From the NCBI GenBank assembly GCA_965248535.1, contig CBDFJR010000002.1, positions 960,001 through 1,024,000 on the forward strand: a DNA stretch of 64,000 nucleotides. The letters are read 5' to 3'. Position 1 is the stretch's first letter, and every line of letters starts with the position of its first letter. Source of the DNA: Phormidesmis sp. GTDB lineage: Bacteria; Cyanobacteriota; Cyanobacteriia; Leptolyngbyales; Leptolyngbyaceae. Positions 32,283 through 42,990 of this stretch are shown here, one piece after another. The notes beneath the pieces were generated by a model. That model saw only the letters and a program-made list of their open reading frames with translations, ran no database searches and was not told the DNA's origin. Position numbers and translations under genes: made by a program.

Positions 32283-34526
32283 TTGAGCGCTACCCCTATG
32301 CGTTTACAGCCTTCTGCTCCTGAGTCGATCGCAGAGAAAGCTCTGCCCAAAATTCGCACCCAAACGCTCGTTAACTCCTGGGTTTGGGGAGTTTTTGTGT
32401 TTAGTTTGCTGTTTTGTTTGGGATCTATTTTCTTTACTAGCTGGACTAGCACCGGGCCGACGTTTTTCCCAGATCATCTGGTGAATCCGGTTAAGCAGGG
32501 TGTGTTGCCCTATTTTTTGCAGTTTTCGCCCGACCAGTGGGATGTATTTTCCCCGATCGTTGCCGTGTGTGGACTGTGTGCGCTGCTGCGTTTCATTCCT
32601 TCTAATAATCAAACGCGATTGGTGTTCAAATTATTGGTGCTGGTGTTGTCAGTGCGATATTTTGTCTGGCGCACCTTCGCTACGCTGAACTTTTCTCACT
32701 GGACGAGCACCCTATTTAGCGTGGTTCTATACAGTGTTGAAGCGATCTCTTTTATCTCGTGTTGCCTATATCTAGTGCAAACGATTTGGTCTAGCGACAA
32801 GCGGCGCACTGCTGAGGCAAATCGCTATGAGCACGATGTGATATCGGGTGACTATGCGCCGTCGGTGGATGTGTTCATCCCAACTTATAACGAGCCAGAC
32901 TATATTGTACGGCGCACGGTGATTGGGTGTCAGGCGATGGATTACCCCCATAAGACGATCTATCTTTTAGATGACACTCGTCGCCCTGCAATGCGATCGC
33001 TAGCCGCAGAGTTGGGATGTGAATACATTACTCGCCCCACTAACGAGCACGCTAAAGCCGGAAATCTCAATCATGCGCTGATGCAGACCAGCGGTGAATT
33101 GATCACCGTGATGGATGCTGATTTTGTGCCGTTTAAGAACTTTTTGAATCGCACGATCGGGTTTTTTCAACGCTCGAAGATTGCTCTAGTGCAAACGCCA
33201 CAAAGTTTTTATAACCCTGACTATCACGCCCGAAACCTAGGGCTAGAGCACTTTTTACCCAACGATTTAGAAAACTTTTATGGCACACTGCAACCCCATC
33301 GCGATGTTGCCAATAGTGTGATTTGCTGCGGCAGTTCTTATGTGGTGCGCCGCGAAGCCATTGAAGCGATCGGAGGCTATTACACTCGCTGCTGTGTCGA
33401 AGATTTTCAAACGTCTTTGGTCATGTTGACGAGAGGGTTTCGGATTGTCTATCTCAATGAAACCCTGAGCATGGGCGAGTCTACCCGCACCTTTGCAGAC
33501 TTTATCGATCAGCGTTTGCGGTGGCTCCAGGGCAACTTGCAGGTCTATTACTGCACCGACGAAGTGCCGATGTGGACAAAGCTGACTCTGATTCAGCAAA
33601 GCTATTTGATTTCGCAGATGATTCACTGCTTTCAATCGGTGCTGCGAGTCGTCTTTTTGCTCACGCCATTAATTAGCGTTTACTTGGGAATTTCTCCTTA
33701 CGTTGCCAGTTTTTCAGAAATCTGTTACTACTTTTTACCGTTTTGGATTTTACACGTTTCAGTTTATGGTTGGGCAACCCATTATCGCATCTCTTATTTC
33801 TGGAACGAATTCTATGAAACGGTGTTCTGCTTTGCTGGGTTAAAACGATTGGGATTAGTGTTGTTTAACCCATTTGTCAAAGCTAGCCAGGTGACTCGCA
33901 AAGGGGTAAAAGCCAGTGCCAAAAACTATAATCTTGGAGCGATCGCTCCCTTTCTAGTTCTATTAGCGCTAACGCTGCTGATTATTGTCTGTCAGGTCTT
34001 TGGCTACTATCAAGGGCTGTGGGTCAGAATCAATTCCAATTCAGCGGTGCTGATCTTTTGGCTGGTCTACAACGCAGTCTTGATGGCGGTCGCTGTTTTT
34101 TCGGCGATCGACCAACCCGTGCGCCGCACCACCGATCGCTTTCCTCTCCATACAGGCTGCACGGTGAAAGTGGGCGATCGGGTCTATTCGGGCTACACCC
34201 GCAATCTATCAGATGGCGGTGCTCAGGTGACTTTAATGACCGATGGGTTTAGCGCCACTGAGACGATCGCCGAGATCACCTTTATCGAACACGATTTCTC
34301 AGTGCGGGCAGAGATCTTGCGCGTCGAGACCAACCCTCACGAGTCTCAGATCTCAGTGCAGTTTGAGAATGTGACGATCGCGCAGTCTCGGCATTTTGTG
34401 CAGATGCTCTATGCGCGCATGATGTGGTGGAAGCAGCGCAAACAGCCCGGCGCAACCGACTCTATTTTGGCGATGCTGACGGTGATGTTGCAAGCTCGCC
34501 CTGTGCTCAATCGCTACAGTAAATAA
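32283..34526 (+). CDS. Cellulose-synthase-like GT2 (BcsA/CesA) with C-terminal PilZ domain
   Basis: IPTYNE, LLDD, HAKAGNLN, DAD, QTPQ, VED, QRLRW; PilZ motifs RRTTDR and NLSDGG. Confidence 0.9.
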   Translation: MSATPMRLQPSAPESIAEKALPKIRTQTLVNSWVWGVFVFSLLFCLGSIFFTSWTSTGPTFFPDHLVNPVKQGVLPYFLQFSPDQWDVFSPIVAVCGLCALLRFIPSNNQTRLVFKLLVLVLSVRYFVWRTFATLNFSHWTSTLFSVVLYSVEAISFISCCLYLVQTIWSSDKRRTAEANRYEHDVISGDYAPSVDVFIPTYNEPDYIVRRTVIGCQAMDYPHKTIYLLDDTRRPAMRSLAAELGCEYITRPTNEHAKAGNLNHALMQTSGELITVMDADFVPFKNFLNRTIGFFQRSKIALVQTPQSFYNPDYHARNLGLEHFLPNDLENFYGTLQPHRDVANSVICCGSSYVVRREAIEAIGGYYTRCCVEDFQTSLVMLTRGFRIVYLNETLSMGESTRTFADFIDQRLRWLQGNLQVYYCTDEVPMWTKLTLIQQSYLISQMIHCFQSVLRVVFLLTPLISVYLGISPYVASFSEICYYFLPFWILHVSVYGWATHYRISYFWNEFYETVFCFAGLKRLGLVLFNPFVKASQVTRKGVKASAKNYNLGAIAPFLVLLALTLLIIVCQVFGYYQGLWVRINSNSAVLIFWLVYNAVLMAVAVFSAIDQPVRRTTDRFPLHTGCTVKVGDRVYSGYTRNLSDGGAQVTLMTDGFSATETIAEITFIEHDFSVRAEILRVETNPHESQISVQFENVTIAQSRHFVQMLYARMMWWKQRKQPGATDSILAMLTVMLQARPVLNRYSK

Positions 34527-35009
34527 GCAGAAACCGGAGTTCTGACGAGATGGGCGATCGCGCTTATTCCCAGCAGAACCCCGGTTTCTAGCTTTCATGT
34601 CATCAAGTGCGAACGACGGCGATGCTGAAACTGAGTCAATTGGTGTTAATATTTCCAAGTCTTGGAATCAGTTGTTGACTAACCTCAACTCACCCAGAAA
34701 ATGCGCCTTTGCCAAAGGGTCGGCCCGTTCTGGAACTATCCACCGTTTAACCTTGTCACCCATTGCTGAGACTCCAACCCTGTCAATTTGGGATTGTGAA
34801 CTAAATCATGTTGTTGAAGTCAGAGGAGTAAAGCCAGCAAACTGAGGAGTTTAGTCTATCAGTCTGTCAACGCCAAATTGCTAAACTGAGGGTTTATAGA
34901 AAGGTGACGATAACGCCCTGATAGACCGCAGCCCCGTCTTTTATCCTTGACGGATTTCTCTCTCATCTTTGTCTGCGTTTTGATGTTGTTTTTAATGCTA
35001 GGAGCAATC

Positions 35010-35783
35010 ATGAAATCATTGATTCGTTGGAGTGCTACGGTTGGTTTAGTCGGAACGACGATCGTCGGCTCTCTAGTGGGAGCGGGTCTGCGGGCGCTAG
35101 CGTTGACCCCAGAGCAGATTGTGCAAAAGCTTCGCCCCGTGCCGATGTTTACGATCGCTAATGCTCAAGGTGCGCCTTTAGTCGCTTCGCCGCCCAATGG
35201 ACAAAAAGGCAGCCCCGTTGCCGGAGTATTTGTCAGCCAGAAAGATGCTCAGGCATTTTTAGAGACCCTGAAGAGCAAAAACCCCAATCTCGCTAAAGAA
35301 GTGAAAGTGGTGCCTGTGTCGCTGGCAGAGGTTTATCAACTGGTTCAGTCCAATCAGGGCAAACCCGATCAGCTAGATTTTGCCTATGTGCCAACCAAGC
35401 AGCAGCTAGATTCAGCCGTAGCGGTCTTAAAAGTGGGCGATCAAAAAATCACTCAGTTTAATGGCACACCGTTGTTTGTAGCGCGGGCTGGCAAAGAAAA
35501 AGGCTTTCTGACGATTCAGCAGGGCGATAAGTCGGTGATTCCGATGTTCTTTAACAAAGAAGAACTGCAAAGTTTGCTCGATCGTTTCAAACAACAGCAG
35601 CCCAATCTAGCCTCTAGCATTGATATCCAAGTCTTTGCCTTAGAAGGCGTGGTCGAGGCGATGAAAAAGCAAAACGACCCGCAACTCGATAAAATTGTGT
35701 TGATTCCGCCGAGAGAATCGATCGAATTTGTGCGATCGCTGACCCCGGCTCAAAACAAGCCAGTCGCGCAACCCAAAAAATAG
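35010..35783 (+). CDS. tic22: Tic22-family periplasmic chaperone
   Basis: KLRPVPMFTI, VVPVSLAEVY, FNGTPLF, IPMFF; ATG at 35010 after GGAG. Confidence 0.88.
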   Translation: MKSLIRWSATVGLVGTTIVGSLVGAGLRALALTPEQIVQKLRPVPMFTIANAQGAPLVASPPNGQKGSPVAGVFVSQKDAQAFLETLKSKNPNLAKEVKVVPVSLAEVYQLVQSNQGKPDQLDFAYVPTKQQLDSAVAVLKVGDQKITQFNGTPLFVARAGKEKGFLTIQQGDKSVIPMFFNKEELQSLLDRFKQQQPNLASSIDIQVFALEGVVEAMKKQNDPQLDKIVLIPPRESIEFVRSLTPAQNKPVAQPKK

Positions 35784-35833
35784 AAAATCCGTGGGTCATT
35801 TGTGCGGGTGATTTGCAATCCAACAACAAACCG

Positions 35834-36748
35834 ATGACCTGTGACATTTCTGGATTAGAGCTATGGCAGTGGCGACAAGAAGCGCAAACTTCGGCGATCG
35901 CTGCTGCCATTTTGCCGTCTGAGGTCGATTGGCTGCTGCAAGAATTGACAGACCTCGATCGCCTATCGCTGCGGCTAGAATCGTTTAAGCATCAGTCTAG
36001 AATCAACTTAAAGATTCCCGTTTCAGACTTAAAGCAACGCTGGCGACAACGGCTCGAACAACGGGTTCCGATTCAATATTTAGCCGGGTCAACTCACTGG
36101 AGAAATTTTACCTTAACGGTTTCTCCAGCCGTGTTGATTCCGCGTCCTGAAACAGAAGAGTTAATTGATTTAGCAATAGCAGCAACAACAGCAAACCCAA
36201 TCTTAAAAACCGGATCTTGGGCAGATTTAGGAACGGGCAGTGGCGCGATCGCCATTGCTCTAGCCGATGCGTTGCCCCACGCGATCGTTCATGCCGTCGA
36301 TCGGAGCCGTGAGGCCCTAGCGATCGCCCACCAAAATGCTCAAAACCTTGGGTTTAGCGATCGCATTCAGTTTCATCAAGGCAACTGGCTAAAACCGTTA
36401 GACTTTCTCAAAGGCCACCTGAGCGGGCTGGTGTCAAATCCACCTTATATTCCCAGTCAGATGGTGCTAGAGCTTCAGCCCGAAGTCACCCACCACGAGC
36501 CGCATCTGGCCCTTGACGGCGGATCTGACGGGCTAGACTGCCTTCGTCGCCTAATCACCACGGCCCCTGACTATCTGCGATCGGGCGGCGTTTGGATGGT
36601 CGAAATCATGGCAGGTCAGGCCGATGCCGTGACTCAATTACTCACCGATCGCGGTAGCTATGATCAGATTCAAATTCACCGAGATTTAGCTGGGGTTGAG
36701 AGATTTGTAACCGCGATCGTCACTTCACCTTCTCAGCACCGTGACTAA
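35834..36748 (+). CDS. prmC: Release factor glutamine methyltransferase
   Basis: LIPRPETE, DLGTGSG and NPPY motifs. Confidence 0.93.
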   Translation: MTCDISGLELWQWRQEAQTSAIAAAILPSEVDWLLQELTDLDRLSLRLESFKHQSRINLKIPVSDLKQRWRQRLEQRVPIQYLAGSTHWRNFTLTVSPAVLIPRPETEELIDLAIAATTANPILKTGSWADLGTGSGAIAIALADALPHAIVHAVDRSREALAIAHQNAQNLGFSDRIQFHQGNWLKPLDFLKGHLSGLVSNPPYIPSQMVLELQPEVTHHEPHLALDGGSDGLDCLRRLITTAPDYLRSGGVWMVEIMAGQADAVTQLLTDRGSYDQIQIHRDLAGVERFVTAIVTSPSQHRD

Positions 36749-36922
36749 GCGTAGAGCACCGCCGAACTCACTGCTTTTGTAACGAGTCTTGTCAAGAAGT
36801 GTGTCTGACCTTAAAAGTTCAGCACCCTCAAAAGATAATGAACTGTGGTAGAAAAGGACGACTGAGGGCTAGAGACACTGACGGCGCTGGCTTTCTGAGA
36901 CAGCTATAAAAATTGCTTAATT

Positions 36923-36940
36923 TTTGTAAAGTTTTGTGAT
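36923..36940 (-). promoter_or_regulatory. Possible HLR1 (RpaB) site upstream of ocp
   Basis: Minus strand ATCACAAA-AC-TTTACAAA against the consensus (G/T)TTACA(T/A)(T/A)-N2 direct repeat; one half-site is degenerate. Confidence 0.35.
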
Positions 36941-37026
36941 ACTTTTATAACCGGGAGTGAACCTGCACCATCAGCATGTCTTGTTCTACCCTTGCTCAGT
37001 TGAAAATTTAACGAGGTGGTTTTTCC

Positions 37027-37986
37027 ATGGCAATTACTATCGACTCCGCTCGTGGTATATTTCCCGGCACTCTGTCGGCTGATGCAGTTCCAGCTTTGAC
37101 TGCACGATTTAATCAACTCAGCGCTGAAGACCAGTTGGCGTGGACGTGGTTTGCGTTCTTAGAAATGGGCAAAACAGTTACGGTTGCCGCCCCCGGTGCC
37201 GCCAGTATGCAATTTGCAGAAGGCACCCTAAACGAGATCAAAACCATGACGTTTGAGGAACAAACTCAAGTCATGTGTGACCTGGCAAACCATGCCGACA
37301 CACCTATCTGTCGCACCTATGCCACTTGGTCACCCAACATTAAGCTAGGGTTTTGGGATCAGCTAGGAAAATGGATGGAGCAAGGCATCGTTGCGCCCAT
37401 TCCAGCAGGCTACAAGCTCTCAGCCAACGCCAACGCTGTGCTAGAAACCCTCAAAAATCTCGATCAAGGGCAACAGATCACCGTGTTGCGGAACTCTGTC
37501 GTAGACATGGGGTTTGATGCAGGCAAACTGGGCGGCTACACCCGCATTTCTGAGCCTGTGGTGGTGCCCAAAGAAGCGTCTCAGCGCACCAAGGTCAGCA
37601 TTGAAGGTCTCGACAACCCAACCGTGTTGAGCTATATGAACAACCTCAATGCCAACGACTTTGATGAACTGATCAAACTGTTTTTGGCCGATGGTGCATT
37701 GCAGCCTCCCTTCCAGAGACCGATCGTGGGCAAAGAGGCGATCATGCGGTTCTTCCGTGAAGAATGCCAAAACCTCAAGCTCATCCCAGAGCGGGGCGTG
37801 TCTGAACCCGCAGACGATGGCTACACTCAGGTGAAAGTCACAGGCAAAGTGCAGACTCCCTGGTTCGGCGCGGCCGTGGGCATGAACATGGCTTGGCGGT
37901 TTTTGATCAACCCTGAAGGCAAGATTTTCTTTGTGGCGATCGACCTGTTAGCCTCTCCTAAAGAGCTTCTAAACCTGGTTCGTTAA
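37027..37986 (+). CDS. ocp: Orange carotenoid protein (probably OCP1)
   Basis: TIDSARGIFP start; full NTD plus NTF2-like CTD with KVQTPWFG and MAWRF; frp is adjacent. Confidence 0.96.
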   Translation: MAITIDSARGIFPGTLSADAVPALTARFNQLSAEDQLAWTWFAFLEMGKTVTVAAPGAASMQFAEGTLNEIKTMTFEEQTQVMCDLANHADTPICRTYATWSPNIKLGFWDQLGKWMEQGIVAPIPAGYKLSANANAVLETLKNLDQGQQITVLRNSVVDMGFDAGKLGGYTRISEPVVVPKEASQRTKVSIEGLDNPTVLSYMNNLNANDFDELIKLFLADGALQPPFQRPIVGKEAIMRFFREECQNLKLIPERGVSEPADDGYTQVKVTGKVQTPWFGAAVGMNMAWRFLINPEGKIFFVAIDLLASPKELLNLVR

Positions 37987-38014
37987 TCACGCCTTTGCAG
38001 CGATCGAGCATCGT

Positions 38015-38051
38015 GGGATTGAGCGTTCTCTTAACCCAGAGCGCTCATCCC
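38015..38051 (+). terminator. Stem-loop between ocp and frp
   Basis: GGGAT-TGAGCGTTCT...AGAGCGCTCA-TCCC. Confidence 0.5.
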
Positions 38052-38109
38052 TCTTAAGCCAACCACCAATCCCACCTAACTAACTACCGCAAACACCTTA
38101 GATTGAGTC

Positions 38110-38436
38110 ATGCAAGTGAGCGAAGCTGAATGGACTGACCCAGAGAAAGAAATAGCTCGAATGGCTTTTGATAAAGCTCACGAACGAGAAGTTGAAGCGT
38201 TGCTCAAACACGTTCGAGAAGAGGCTAGCACGATCGTAGACTTGGGCAATCTCTGGCAGTTACACGATTTTTTAAGTGCCAAACGCTATGAAATTGAAGG
38301 CAAATATGACTACCAATATCCCGCCCTGCTGTTTGTCTTTGCTGGATTAGTCAAAGAAGGCTGGATACATCTCAATGAACTGGAAGGGCTGAACAAAGAC
38401 AAGCTCTCCAAAGTCGCTGCGCTTGCCAGGATGTAG
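38110..38436 (+). CDS. frp: Fluorescence recovery protein
   Basis: LWQLHDFLSAKRYEIEGKYD motif; immediately downstream of ocp. Confidence 0.93.
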   Translation: MQVSEAEWTDPEKEIARMAFDKAHEREVEALLKHVREEASTIVDLGNLWQLHDFLSAKRYEIEGKYDYQYPALLFVFAGLVKEGWIHLNELEGLNKDKLSKVAALARM

Positions 38437-39018
38437 TCTAGAGCGATCGCTAGGTAATGGGTGCAACGCCCTGCCTTTACACAGAGTCTAGGTTTAGTGA
38501 ATCCGATATTCTTAGGAATGTGGATTAAATAACTTGTAAAAGTCCTTTGACTGGTCATCGGCGAGACGTTTGCCCTTGTATCTTAAGAGAGTGGCGGACT
38601 TTGAAACTGGAGTCTTGGCTCAAAGTCCCCCTCCCTTTAGCGCAGCGACGTTGATGGCGATGGTGCAGAATTCTGCAAGCTGCCTTTCACATGACGAGAG
38701 ATACAATCACTGTCGCAATGTAGATCACGATCGTTGAGAGCGATTCTTGTGTGCTAATTTCCAAATTAAAGTATGGTAAAACTCGCTCTTTTAGCAGATG
38801 GTTAGGCAATTAGAGATTCATTCTAAGGATGATGGCAGTTCCATTATTTAGTGCTCTCAGCGATCGCGTTACTCATTGATAATGCATTGATTTTATATAT
38901 CAAACTCTATCTCTAGACAGATGCAAGTTCTGTTTAGAAGTTTTGATTCTAAAATACCTGTAGTATTGTAAGTTCCGCGCAGATGCTATCACATCCTGTA
39001 ATTTTATCGCTATAAAAA

Positions 39019-41232
39019 GTGAGCACTAAAGCAAATTCTAAACCTGCTGCCCACCCGCTAATCTTAAACCTCACCACAGGCGGCACCATGGGGCTTTTGA
39101 CCGTGATCACGAGCGTCTCATTTGCCTCGGTGATCTTCTCTGGAGACTTTCTCAGCGCCTTGCCCTTTGGCACCGGGTTGCTGCTGTTTAGTGCCACAGT
39201 GGTCAGCGCGATCGTGACGGCCTTCAGCGCTTACCCTGCGATGGTGGGCACCGTTTCAGAGCCGAGCATTCCTGTGTTGAGTTTGATTGCTCGTCAGATT
39301 ATTGAGCAGATGCCCAACGCTTCGGTTGAAGAAAAGTTATCAACTCTAACCGCCACGATCGTACTCAATGCAGTCGTGGGCGGGATTATTTTTACCCTGC
39401 TGGGTCGGTTTAAACTCGGCGGATTTATTCGCTATATTCCTTACCCGATCGTGGGCGGTTTTTTGGCCGGAACGGGCGTACTTTTAGTGCAGGGAGCGCT
39501 GCATTCTATTGATGGGCTAGACTTTCATCACCTGGATCTTTCAAGTTTGGTGCAGCCTAACATTTTGCTGCAATGGGTGCCCGCTCTGATTTTCGCTGTG
39601 GTGATGTTTGTCGTGCCCCAACTGATTGAGCACTTTCTGGTGATTCCGGGGATTTTGGTCGGGGCGGTGATTCTGTTTTATGTCGCTCTGGCGCTTACAG
39701 ATACCTCAATCGCGCAGGCCACCGATCGCAGCCTGTTGCTAGGAGCGCTTCCCCCGGGCGGCATTTATCACTTTGCTACCCTGTCGTCTCTAACTCAGGC
39801 TAATTGGAGCGTCTTCTTGCAGCAGGTGCCCAGTCTAGCCGCGCTCTGGCTGGTGGAGTCGATCGCGCTGTTGCTTAACGCTAGTGGCATCGAGCTAGCG
39901 GCTTCTCGTGATTTAGATCTCAACCACGAGCTAAAAGTGGCCGGGGCAGCCTCGATCGCTTCCGGTTTGGGGGGCGGCATTGGCGGGTTTGCCAGTTCTG
40001 GAGAAAACACGCTGGCTCATCATTTGGGGGGAACTCGGCGCATTGTCGGCTGGACAATTACGGGAATCTGTTTAGCGATGCTGCTAGGAGGCGCAGCGCT
40101 GCTTTCGTTCTTTCCCAAATTCATTTTGGTGGGCATTCCGCTGCTGCTGGCGCTAGAGTTTTTTTATGAATGGCTTTATCAAGCCTGGTTTAAGTTTTCA
40201 CGATCGGACTATGCGATTATCGTGCTGATTGTGGTGGTCACAGGCAGTGTCGGCTATCTGCCAGGCATCGGAGTCGGACTGATGGCGGCGATCGTGCTAT
40301 TTGTCGTCAACTATAGTCAGCTATCGGTTTCAAAGCGAGTCGGCTCAGGGGCATTTCAGCACAGCAACGTGATGCGAAACTCTGAAGAACTAGACGTTTT
40401 AGATGCTGAAGGCGAACAGATTTACATTCTAGAACTGCAAGGGCTGATCTTCTTTGGCACGGCTAATAAATTGCTGACTCAGATTCGCGATCGCCTCGAT
40501 CATCCCACGGCGATCTCTGTTCGGTTTGTGATTTTAGACTTTCGGCTGGTGAGCGGGCTAGATGCCTCGGCTGTGCTCAGTTTTGCCAAGCTTAAGCAAG
40601 TCGCCACATCCAAAGGGGTGCATTTGTTGTTTACTGATTTGTCTCTTGAAGCCGCACAGCGACTCAAGCAAGGCGACTGTCTTGAAGCCGATGACCCGTT
40701 TTGTCACACGTTTGCAGATCTCGATCGGGGGCTAGAGTGGTGTGAACAACAGATTCTAACTGCCAGCAATTTGAGTGAGCTAGAAGCCCGATCGCTGTCT
40801 GAACATCTCAAGTCAGATTTCTCAGATCCGATTCAAGTCGATCACTTGATGGATCGGCTAGAGGCGCGGCTCTTTGCAGAAGGAGACTATTTATTTCATC
40901 AGGATGACCCGTTTGATGGCTTATATTTTATTGGGTCGGGTCAAGTGAGCGTGGTGCTCGACTTTGGCGACGGGCAAACCAAACGCATTCGCACTTACAC
41001 CGTGGGCAACACGATCGGAGAAATGGGTCTCTATCGCAAGAGGCTGCGAATGGCTTCGGTTGTGGCTGACAAGCCCAGCACGGTCTACTTTCTATCCACT
41101 GAGGCGTTTGAGAAAATCGAAGCCGATGACCCGCTTTTAGCGTCTAATATTCATCGATTTGTGGTCAATCTGCTGGCCGAACGCCTCCAACACCGTGAGC
41201 AAGAATTGAAGCATTTGTTGCAGTCATCTTAA
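39019..41232 (+). CDS. SulP/SLC26 anion transporter with STAS and cNMP-binding domains
   Basis: IPYPIVGGFLAG, LQGLIFFGTA, LDASA and C-terminal GEMGLY...R.ASV. Confidence 0.9.
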   Translation: MSTKANSKPAAHPLILNLTTGGTMGLLTVITSVSFASVIFSGDFLSALPFGTGLLLFSATVVSAIVTAFSAYPAMVGTVSEPSIPVLSLIARQIIEQMPNASVEEKLSTLTATIVLNAVVGGIIFTLLGRFKLGGFIRYIPYPIVGGFLAGTGVLLVQGALHSIDGLDFHHLDLSSLVQPNILLQWVPALIFAVVMFVVPQLIEHFLVIPGILVGAVILFYVALALTDTSIAQATDRSLLLGALPPGGIYHFATLSSLTQANWSVFLQQVPSLAALWLVESIALLLNASGIELAASRDLDLNHELKVAGAASIASGLGGGIGGFASSGENTLAHHLGGTRRIVGWTITGICLAMLLGGAALLSFFPKFILVGIPLLLALEFFYEWLYQAWFKFSRSDYAIIVLIVVVTGSVGYLPGIGVGLMAAIVLFVVNYSQLSVSKRVGSGAFQHSNVMRNSEELDVLDAEGEQIYILELQGLIFFGTANKLLTQIRDRLDHPTAISVRFVILDFRLVSGLDASAVLSFAKLKQVATSKGVHLLFTDLSLEAAQRLKQGDCLEADDPFCHTFADLDRGLEWCEQQILTASNLSELEARSLSEHLKSDFSDPIQVDHLMDRLEARLFAEGDYLFHQDDPFDGLYFIGSGQVSVVLDFGDGQTKRIRTYTVGNTIGEMGLYRKRLRMASVVADKPSTVYFLSTEAFEKIEADDPLLASNIHRFVVNLLAERLQHREQELKHLLQSS

Positions 41233-41296
41233 AGGATGTTTGAAAGGTGTTTTTTCGATGCTACAGTTCTCTGATCCCCTCTAGGGTGGCAAATGG

Positions 41297-42907
41297 TTAG
41301 TGGACAGAGGGGGCACTTCCGGCCCGGCCTTTGCCCAAAAATAACAGCAGCGGCAATGAACATAAGAACGCAATGCCTACAATCCGAAAAATATCTGCGA
41401 ATGACAAGATCGACGCTTGCAGATTGACGGTTTGGTCTAGTAAAGCGATCGCTTGTTGATGCGCCGTCACCGGATCGCTGCCTTGACGTTGCAACGTGCC
41501 CGTGAGTTGATCAAGCCGCTCATTGGTTGCCGGGTCATAAGAACTGAGATCAGAATGCAGCACAAAGCGATGAAAGGCTTCTCGTCGATCTAACAACGTG
41601 GTTAAAATCGCAATGCCAATGCTGCCGCCTAGTTGTCGAGTCAGATTATAAAAGCCAGAGCCAGCCGAAATTAAATGCTTAGGAAGTGAACCAAGAGTTG
41701 CTAAACTTAACGGCAAAAACATCAGCACTGTGAATGCACCGCGACCCAATAGGGGAAGGAATAAATCATGAGTTCCGGTCTGGGGGCTGATGTTGGCGAG
41801 TTGAAACATAACGCCTGCGGTTCCGGCGGCCCCGATCGCGATCAAAAATCGAGCGTCGATCTTGCCAGAGACTTTTCCTAGAAAAATCATCACGATCGCC
41901 GATGCTAACGCTCCTGGTGCCAAAACTTCTCCGGTCTGCGTGGCTGTGAAATGCAGCACGCTTTGAGCAAAAATTGGCACGGCAAACAGTGCGCCATAGA
42001 GACCCATTCCTACGATCGCCGAATATACACTACCTGCTGCCAACGATCGGTTTTGCAACACCCGCAAATTGACCGCAGGGTGGTCAATGCTGAGTTCTCG
42101 CCAGATGAATAGGCCTAAGCCGACGACGCTGGCGATCGCCAACGCCACAATTTCACCTGACTGAAACCAGTCGTTTTTCTCCCCTTCTTCGAGAAAGGTT
42201 TGCAGGCTGCCGACTGCGATGACTAAAAGGCCGATGCCCCACCAGTCAACGGCTTCATGACGTTGATCTTGCAAACGGTCTTTGGGCAAGAAGATCAAAG
42301 CCATCACGACGGCCAAAATCCCGAAGGGCAAGTTGACAAAGAAGATCCAGCGCCAGCCCAACCCATCGGTGAGATAGCCGCCGAGAGTCGGCCCGATCGC
42401 GGGCCCGGCAATCACACCCACGCCAAACACTGCTTGCGCGAGTCCTTGCTCGGATGGGGGAAACGTCTCAAAGAGAATTGCCTGAGCTTTTGCCAACAAT
42501 CCGCCGCCAAATATCCCTTGAGCAATGCGGGCCATCACCAGCATGGGCAAATTGATCGACAAACCACACAGCACCGAGGCAGCCGTAAACCCAATTAATG
42601 AAAAGACGAAGTAGTTTTTGCGCCCAAAATAGTCGCCCAACCAGGCTGAAAGTGGAATTAAAATAACGTTAGCGATGCCGTAGCCTGTGACAATCCACCC
42701 CACTTCGCTAACGGTTGCGCCTAAGCTGGCTTGAATATCGGTCAGCGCCACATTGACAATGCTAGTGTCAATGACTTCAAGAATGGCACCGAGGGAAGCC
42801 GTGAAAGCGATCGCCCACTTGAGATATCCTTGAACATAACCAGTTGATGAATCGGGTTGAGAAACGCTCAGTCTTTTGTCACTAGAAGTCATAAACCTAC
42901 CAGTCAA
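41297..42907 (-). CDS. DHA2 (EmrB/QacA) MFS efflux permease
   Basis: IDTSIVNVAL, GPAIGPTLGG, WRWIFFVNLP, RQLGGSIG. Confidence 0.92.
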   Translation of the reverse strand: MTGRFMTSSDKRLSVSQPDSSTGYVQGYLKWAIAFTASLGAILEVIDTSIVNVALTDIQASLGATVSEVGWIVTGYGIANVILIPLSAWLGDYFGRKNYFVFSLIGFTAASVLCGLSINLPMLVMARIAQGIFGGGLLAKAQAILFETFPPSEQGLAQAVFGVGVIAGPAIGPTLGGYLTDGLGWRWIFFVNLPFGILAVVMALIFLPKDRLQDQRHEAVDWWGIGLLVIAVGSLQTFLEEGEKNDWFQSGEIVALAIASVVGLGLFIWRELSIDHPAVNLRVLQNRSLAAGSVYSAIVGMGLYGALFAVPIFAQSVLHFTATQTGEVLAPGALASAIVMIFLGKVSGKIDARFLIAIGAAGTAGVMFQLANISPQTGTHDLFLPLLGRGAFTVLMFLPLSLATLGSLPKHLISAGSGFYNLTRQLGGSIGIAILTTLLDRREAFHRFVLHSDLSSYDPATNERLDQLTGTLQRQGSDPVTAHQQAIALLDQTVNLQASILSFADIFRIVGIAFLCSLPLLLFLGKGRAGSAPSVH

Positions 42908-42990
42908 TCAATCTATTAACAATCTTAAGAACGGATATTAGATGCTGCCTCTATCGCAGTGGTCAACGTGCAGACACACCCGATAGAGAC

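Noticed and set aside
38597..38629. GGACTTTGA...TCAAAGTCC inverted repeat as an ncRNA
   Set aside because: An isolated short hairpin, more likely a dispersed repeat or terminator; no further support.
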